A stretch of DNA of 58,989 nt, the filler included, from Basidioascus undulatus (Eukaryota): the NCBI GenBank assembly GCA_000826855.1. It is 8 parts of 8 records of this genome, joined end to end, with 100 filler letters (N's around TTAATTAATTAA, not from the genome) between each part and the next. Parts side by side here need not be neighbours in the genome. Positions count along the whole stretch, not along the records: positions 44,355 to 51,626 come from JTLS01001586.1; positions 51,727 to 58,989 come from JTLS01001587.1; 6 more parts are not named here. One strand, 5' to 3'. A program made the position numbers and the translations under genes. Positions 48,065 through 58,989 of this stretch are shown here, in pieces. The notes under the pieces were generated by a model. That model was not told the DNA's origin and searched no databases. It was given only the letters and a program-made list of their open reading frames with translations. Position 1 is the stretch's first letter. Each line of letters opens with the position of its first letter.

Positions 48065-48944
48065 TGTGCGAATGCGAGGGTTTCGAGGATGAGAGGGACG
48101 GGTTGCGTGGTGTGAGTGGGTTGGTGGCCAGAAAGGCAAAGGTAAGGAGCAACTCAGCTCTTGGCTTTCTTTGAAGCCCCCCGAAATGTTCAAATTTTCA
48201 AGGGTGGGAAACGGAGGGACCGTGACATCGTGACATCGAACACGAGTTTGCCGGCGGCGGCAGCACGAGCATTCGTGATCCTCTGGCATAGCCACTGATC
48301 TTCAAGCCGATATTCTTGGTTCAGTGCAGGAAAATCCGGGCGCGAGCTCGTTATCTCATATTGAAATGAATACACGTCTCGGAAGAAGTACAGGACGCTG
48401 TGCAGAGACACTTGATTGGCAGGCGTCTTGCACTGATGCATGCCTACCCTCATACTGTTGTCCATCATCCCTGAGAATCAAATTAGGGTCGCCAAAACGA
48501 TGTTCTCCAAGTCCGAATTAGGTACCGCCCAAGCAGTGACTATGAAGGAGGTAAGTCAGGGCAGGGCAACAAGACCAACATTGGCGCAGGTCCTTCATGT
48601 CTCTTTTGCTGTCATGCAACATCACCACGTAATTGACCGTCGGCACCTGAAATCCTGTCCAGAAGGTCAGGGTCCTTGCGCGAAGCATCACATGCAACGA
48701 CTCTCTGCTCAGGTCCACAGTTGCAGCAATAGAACGCAGAGCCGGCGCGAAGCGCATCCGTCAACGCCCATCCCGAAGCCGAGCAAGATCTCTCTTGCTT
48801 TTGGGGTAACTTGTGCGCAAGGCAAAGAGGCCTTCCTTACCATTCCGCAGCGTCCATTCAAACGTTCCATGAAGTCCGTCGACCCGTCTTCCACTCTCAT
48901 CAGTCGTACAACCCCTCCTCCCCATCTTCCACCTCTCCCTCGAC

Positions 48945-51390
48945 CTAAAGCGCCCCCCAAACCACCCTCCCATCCACCACCGTCGCCCTCACCTTCACAT
49001 CCAGCACCTCCTCCTCCTCTACCTCCATCACGTCCCTCTCCAAAACCGTAAAATCCGCCCTTTTCCCAACCCTCAAGCTCCCGGTCACATTCTCCGCGAA
49101 CGCGGCATAGGCAGGCTCGAGCGTGAGCCCGCGCAGGGCCTCGGCGTGCGTGAGGCGCTGGGCGGGATACCATCCCGACGGGCCGTGCGGGGATGTGGAG
49201 GAAGGTGAGAGGCGGGTGATTGACGCTGTTGGGAGAGAATGTTAGTGGAGAGGAAGTGGAAGGGGGCGGAGGGGCGCACCGTGGAACGTCTCGAGTAGGC
49301 CAATGCGCTCGACGGGGAAGTCGGTCCCGAGGGGGAGGCGGACGGAGTTTCTGCCCGTCCTAGCACTTTCAGTCATATCCTACGAAAACGACTGTTTGCA
49401 TAACCAACGCACTTAAGCAGAGTCCGCCAAGCATATGCTCCTTTAATACGCTCCGGGCCCTGCACCCCACCATTCTCAGCCCCCTTCCACTCTGCCACAA
49501 CTTTCTCACCATCCGCCTCAACGCACCAGTCGCTCCTCAGCGTACCACATATCACTCGTCGCATGAGTCGGCTGGACACTCGCAATGACTGTCCCACCCT
49601 CCTCAAATCAGCCACTTCGCCTTCCCACCTTCTTTTTCGCCCCACCGACCTCCAAGCTCCCCCAACCGCTCAACGTCCTGAGGAGTCAGGATCTGCGCGT
49701 GCTCGACCCGCAGCCGCGGGGTGTTAGCGCCCGGGGGGTCGCCGATGGAGCGCAGGGCGGCGGCGAAGGCGTCGAGCTTCGTTGCTTTCACGTTCATAAA
49801 CGCGGGGGAAATGGGAGGTAAAAGCACAGGATGGACCCACGACAACGGTGTTCGCTTTGTCCTACCCTCCCGCAAGGCTCAGTAAGCGACTGACTGCGTT
49901 CGAACAGGCGAAAGGGAACGCACCCCAATCCCATGCGCGTTCACTTGGAAGCCCTATCCCCCCACACTAGAGCCCATATTTTCTCAATACCTCTAAGCCA
50001 TTATTGAAAATGCGTACCGCGTCCACCCACTGCTGCACCAGCGGCCCAAACGCCTCCTCCGGTGCCTTGAGGATCCCGCGCGTGTCGGGCTTGTCTGATT
50101 TCTTCAGGTAAGCATCCCTCCCCCTCTCACCTCCCACGAGGAAAGGAGGAGGGCTCGAACGCACCGGAGTACGGCTCGTGCAGCGCTGCGCCCCAGCTTC
50201 CGAGGGCGCCTGCTTCGTACACCATCAGCGTCGTGTTTTCCTCCTTCGTTGGAAGACGCACCGTCTGTGAAGATCTTAGCTGCCCTGAACCACGCTAAGG
50301 TTATAAGAAAAGGAACTTGGGAAGCCGGAGAGAGGAGGGAAGACGCACCGCACAGTCAGATGCCCATCTGCGTAGCCATCCAGCCGCTCAACCTCGTCCC
50401 GGCAGAAGCGCATCCCGCAGTCAACCATGGCGTAGAGCTTGATCTACCCTTCCGCACAACATGAGTTTGACCGCTTCTTCCCTTTCCACATCACTTTTGT
50501 CAACCGTCGAAGACGCACGGGAAGGTGTCCTTCGCCCGCTGCCCTTCGCGTTCCAATCCCGACATCAGCCTGGCGAACACAAGGGAAGGGAGAAAGGGTA
50601 GCGAGCGCACTTTTTGAAAAATCTCAAATCCTCTGGCGTCGCCGCCGCGTCGTGCACGCCAACGAGCCCGCGTTCGAGCATGTCTTGCGTGGTTCTTTGG
50701 AGGTACGCCAAGCGCTGTGCGTCGGTAGTAGGAGGTATATGTCGTGCTGCCCCAACTCTATCATAAGCCCAAGGCTCCAAAATACCAGACATCCGAAAGC
50801 CGAAGACCCACAAACCAGCTCCATAGCATTATCAACCAGGACCCCCGTCGCCTGCCCGCTCTCATCGCGGACGATTAGCCCGCCCTCCACCGTCTCCGGC
50901 AGGGAACCAGCGATCCTTCGCACGACGTTATATGATCCAAGTAAGGCAGAAGGAAGGGGGAAGGGGGCAGAACGTACTCGAGTGCCCGCGGAGAGACCCA
51001 CGACGCGTGCACGTCGATCCGCGTGAGGACGATCGGCCTGCCGGCGAGGAGGGGGTCGGACGCGAGCTCATCGGGGGTGGGGAAGGCGGGCGGGGTGAAG
51101 CGGGTTTGATCCTGGTCCGATCAAGGGATCGGTCAGAGGGAGAAGGGGAGAGAGGGGGGAAGGTAGGGACGCACCCAGCCGGCCCCTTCGATCCATCGTG
51201 TTCGGTCGGAAGTGAGGGAGGGGTCGGCGAGGATGTACGTGCGGAGGCGGTCGACGACCTCTGTGTGTGGAAGGGGTTAAGGAGGAGGAGGGAGGAGAGG
51301 GAGGGGAGAGGTACCGGAGACGGAGGAGCATCCTTCCAGAGAGAGAGACTGCGCCTTCCCGTATGCAAGGACGTGCGCGTGCGCGTCGAG
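48945..51390 (-). CDS. Amidohydrolase-3 (YtcJ-like) protein, multi-exon, N-terminus missing
   Basis: DAHAH; RIDVHASWV; GVLVDNAM; VHDA; KIFTD-GALGSWGAAL; HGIG-DKAN; RVEHAQI; SVQPTH; GTDFPVE; GSLRVGKRADFTVL; TVVDGRVV; stop at 48945-48947. Confidence 0.9.
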
Positions 51391-51626
51391 GCGGAGCACT
51401 TTGAGGATGTGTCCCCGAAGAGCGCGGCCGCTGTCAAGGCTGTACAGTTGCAGGAGGGGGAGACGGCGCAGGAGGAGGTGAAGGTGCCGGCTTATCGGCT
51501 GACGGTGCGTCGATCCTCGTTTCCTCTCTTGCTTTCTTCTGCCTTCAACCCCTCGGCGCCTTCGCCCGTTACTGAGAAGACACTGATCTGGCACGCGGAC
51601 AGTGTTCAATGGATGGACAAGGCCTC
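51373..51626 (+). CDS. RPC25: C-terminal fragment of RNA polymerase III subunit Rpc25 (RPC8/POLR3H)
   Basis: VRVRVEAEHFEDVSPKS...VPAYRLT, intron 51505-51602, then CSMDGQGL. This resembles the Rpc25 C-terminus (IRFRIE..FVDVKPKS..PAYALLGSCQTDGMG, recalled). Confidence 0.7.
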
Positions 51627-51726
51627 NNNNNNNNNNNNNNNNNNNNNNNNNNNNNNNNNNNNNNNNNNNNTTAATTAATTAANNNNNNNNNNNNNNNNNN
51701 NNNNNNNNNNNNNNNNNNNNNNNNNN
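51627..51726. other. Artificial contig linker
   Basis: N44-TTAATTAATTAA-N44. Confidence 0.98.
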
Positions 51727-53190
51727 CAAAGGAAGGTGACAATAGGGAGAGGGTAGGGGAGGGTGTAGATGTCCTTGGTGAAGGGAGGGAGGGTATTCAT
51801 GACAACATGCCACCTTGCTATTCACTCTTGCAACGAACTGGGCAGAGCTCACCTGCCATGGCTATACCCAGGTCACACTCTGCGAGCCAGGCATTTGAGT
51901 TATGTGGCATCGAGACCCTTGGCCCTCAAACCCCACCAATGACAAGGAGAGTGCAGACAATGATGCAGACTCCCTTGATGAGTTGAAGGCCTTCCTCTGC
52001 ACTTTCCAGCAGCTCATCCTGCACCCTTTTCCTTTTGCCCTTCAGCTCCTTCTCAGACAGCCGCTGCTGAGTGCAATACCCTCCAAGGAATGGCTGGCTC
52101 AGGTGACACAGATGACACCAACAAACCAGTGGAGGCAGCACAGCTCCCGCGCATGGAGACAGGCATGAGTGATGCAGAGTGAGGATCAAACAAGAACAAC
52201 ATGGGTCAGCAAGCACCTGATGAAAACATTGAGTTGGTAAGCTGTGGATAAAAATGATGAGTGAGTGTCCAGTCAACCACTCCCCACTGACACTGCAATG
52301 ACTTCTACTGGGATGATGACAATTGCTCAAAGGTCCACAAAGTGCACAATTGCACCCTCCTCATTGATCAGCACTGCCACATCAAGAAGTCAACCAATCG
52401 CATCGAGTGCTGTGCTAATTGACAGTGACATGCAGTGCTGATACAGTGTCCACACTCCATATTGACACCAGTTCTCCTACCCTCACTGCTCCTGATCTAG
52501 TCACTGCTCTTGTATGCTGTGGAAACCTTGCAGCTCTGGGTCTCTTTCAGATCATCTCAATTGAGCTGAACAGCAAAGCTGTCGTTCACATTCCAGAATT
52601 GCACCTCGGCACTGTTCGCATGTGGGCTAAGCTCCTCTGCCTCGCTCCATCATTTGTCAGCTTGACATCCAGCCTGAAAGAGTGGCTCTATGCCCACAAC
52701 ATTGAAGTGTTGCACCTTCCCCCCCTTCAGCTGTCTATAACGGTCAGTGTTCATATGCCTTCAGTAAGTCAGACCTGCGGTATAGTCCATTTCCTGACAT
52801 TCTCTTCTGCACTCTGATCACTCCACATGTATTTAGATCTGTCCTTGATTGTCTCTCATTCTGGACTGACTCTCTGACGCACCTCCCCAAGCTCCAGCCT
52901 ACGGCCACCTTCCCTCTCCGCAATCACAGGTACATGTGCTGCTTCCTGTGTGCTTCAAGCACCTTCCCAATGCACTGTCCTGAAACTTTTCAGACCACTT
53001 CTCTTTCATCTCCGCTACTGTCAGTCTGAGATTGTCCACTTGATTCCCACTGTCTATGTCCGCTGTGCACACTGCCCCGCTGTTGTCAAGTGCGAAGAGA
53101 CCTGTGCTCACATTGCAGCTCATCTCATAGCCAAGGAGGTCTGGATTGAACATGGTCGTCCAGCTGACCCTGTGCATGAGGTGTGTGTGT
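51727..53190. other. CpG-depleted degenerate sequence, probably an old methylated repeat
   Basis: About 8 CpG in 52201-52800 by manual count, with TG/CA excess and no intact ORF. Confidence 0.5.
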
Positions 53191-53193
53191 ATC

Positions 53194-54489
53194 TCACTGT
53201 TTCGTTGTGCCCTGCCATTTTGCATTCACCTTCGCCTTTGCTTGCGCAAGTCCTGCAGGCATGGAGGGCAACACACGCCGCTCTTGCTTGAGGATGGGCT
53301 TGAAGGACTTCTTGGGTGCGGTGGAGGTGAAGGAGGTAGAGACAGAAGACTTCTTTGGGGTGGAGGAGGTGGAGGCAGTGGAGGTGGTGGCGGAGAAGGC
53401 GGAGGAGAGGGTGGTGGTGGTAGATGGCGGAGGGATGGAAGGGGCGGACGCGGTGGTAGTAGTGGCGGTGGTGGAGGTGGATATAGTGGTATTGGTTGAG
53501 GTCATGGTGAATGAGGAAGAGAGCGCGGATGTTGAGGGGGCTGATGGTGCGGGAGCCGGTGTGAGGGACGACGTGAAGTGCTCGTATAGCTGCAGGGCGC
53601 AGAAGGCGTCTCGTGCAGCATCTGTTTTCCCCCGCAGCGAAAAAAATCATCAACATCCTCCCCTCCTCAAAGCCAGTCAGCCCCGCCCTTGCACTCACAC
53701 TCGATCTGCGCCCTCCCAAGCGGCAGCTCCCAATTACTCATCTGCGCCCTTCCCTTAACCAACCGTCTCCCCAAATACTTCTCCACCAGCTTCCGCAGCC
53801 CAATCAGCTCCTTCCCCTCCTCCCCCCCCTCCCACCGTCTCGCCAGAAACGATAGCTCCGCGGCGCCCTGCACAGCCGCGGTGGGCCCGTAGTCCGCCGC
53901 AAGCTTCGCTGCGTCCAGGGCGACGGATACGCCGGCTTTCGGGCGCGCGGAGGAGAGGAGCGTGGACAGCGATGGGGGAAAGCGGGGAAGGGCGGAGAGC
54001 TGGCTTTGGGGGAGTGAGAGGGGAAGGGAAGGAGGGATGGGATGGGGGAACGGACATGAGAGCGATGAAGTGCCGGTCGGCCAGTTGGAGGAGAGCAATC
54101 TTATTGGGCGCTTGCCCTTTCCGGAAGGTGGGGCACCATTCGACGTCGAAGCCTAGGGGACTGGTTGCCCTCCTCCTTCAGCATCGAACGAGCGAGCGAG
54201 AGGAATGGAAGAGGACGCAGGGAAGGACGCACCCGTCCCCACCCTCCATCAACCGTCGCACAGCCCGGTCCACCCCCGCCTCATCGCGCACATAGCGCAC
54301 CTCGGGCGCCGCCCAGTCCCTTCCCGCCGCGCGCGGGGGGGAGAGGTGGTCGTACGCCCGGAGGAGCGCTTCTGCGGCTGCTGCGCTGGCGGAGGAGCGC
54401 GGTCCGAGCGCGAGGGTCTTGGGCGTCGGCTTGAGGGAGGGGTGCCGCGCTGCCCGTGGGTGAGGAGGGGCGGGGGAGGTGCGGGTCAT
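53194..54489 (-). CDS. WRN-type DEDDy 3'-5' exonuclease, 4 exons, with a Ser/Thr-rich tail
   Basis: ExoI LGFDVEW; IALLQLA; KAGV..LDAAKL; IGLRKLVEKYLG..K..QMSNWE; ExoIII-like AARDA. An upstream in-frame ATG at 54753 is an alternative start. Confidence 0.85.
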
Positions 54490-55172
54490 TGGGGGATTTG
54501 AGGGATTTGATGAGGGGGTTGGGAGGATTGAGCGCGCGGTGGATGTGGCGGAGGCGACGATGCGCCGGATGGTGGGAGGGAGGGACGACACGGTGGGCGG
54601 TGGGAAAAGGGGGTTAAATAGCGAGAATGGAGCAGCACGAACGCACGCACGCACGAACGAACGAACAAGAGCAGGCGGTGTCTTCCCCAGGATCTGCTGG
54701 GTGAGAGCCACGGACTGTCCTCGGTCGCCAGCACGTGCCTCGAATCGATGCATTACAGCGACTGCTGCGATGCTGGAGATGGAAAGTCCACTTGCACCCT
54801 CAACATCGTCATTTCCCTCAACTGACGCGGCAATTCAAACGGTCAAGTCTCTCGACATCTGGCTCTGTGCTCGTTGCGGCGAAGCGGGAACTGCAACGCG
54901 TTGCGTACGGAACGACTCGATCGCACCGACACGTTTCCACCTCGCTGGCTTCCCCTTCCTGAGCTGCCCTCGCTCGGAGTGGACGTTGGGATACTGCGAT
55001 AAAGTCCTGCACGCGGGAACTCTATATCCTGTGAGTGATCTTTTCTCCAAATCGAGTATCCAGCCGCCCGCTTCCCATCGACTCCTCGGAAATCCCCGAT
55101 CTTCTCATCGTCTTCTCCCTTACCAGCCCCACCCCCACCTTCTCCTCCTCCCATCTCTCTTCCGCCGCCGGC

Positions 55173-58989
<3,817 letters not shown>

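Overview
This window is fungal, intron-rich, GC-rich DNA, most likely from a basidiomycete (Cap64-like, CalB-like and FIAGPHACIG-type P450 genes). It is not one locus. Eight contigs of about 7.3 kb, in descending length order, are joined by 100-bp N44-TTAATTAATTAA-N44 linkers. Recognisable genes: cystinosin/ERS1, NOP10, ketopantoate reductase, sulfiredoxin, kinesin-4, cytochrome P450, a Fus3/Kss1-type MAPK, an RA-PH protein, a Cap64-like protein, amidohydrolase-3, an Rpc25 fragment, a WRN-type 3'-5' exonuclease and the PMR1 ATPase. There are also several pseudogenes (a duplicated CalB-lipase + LRR unit, an MDR reductase, F-box genes) and a Ty1/copia remnant. The standout is an apparently circularly permuted tRNA-Thr(CGU) gene at 46504-46588 (-). 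Its 3' half precedes its 5' half, the split is exactly at 37/38, the halves are 13 nt apart, a T5 terminator follows, and an A-box-like element lies upstream. A probable chimeric junction between the amidohydrolase and Rpc25 genes is also present. All calls were made by eye without database searches.
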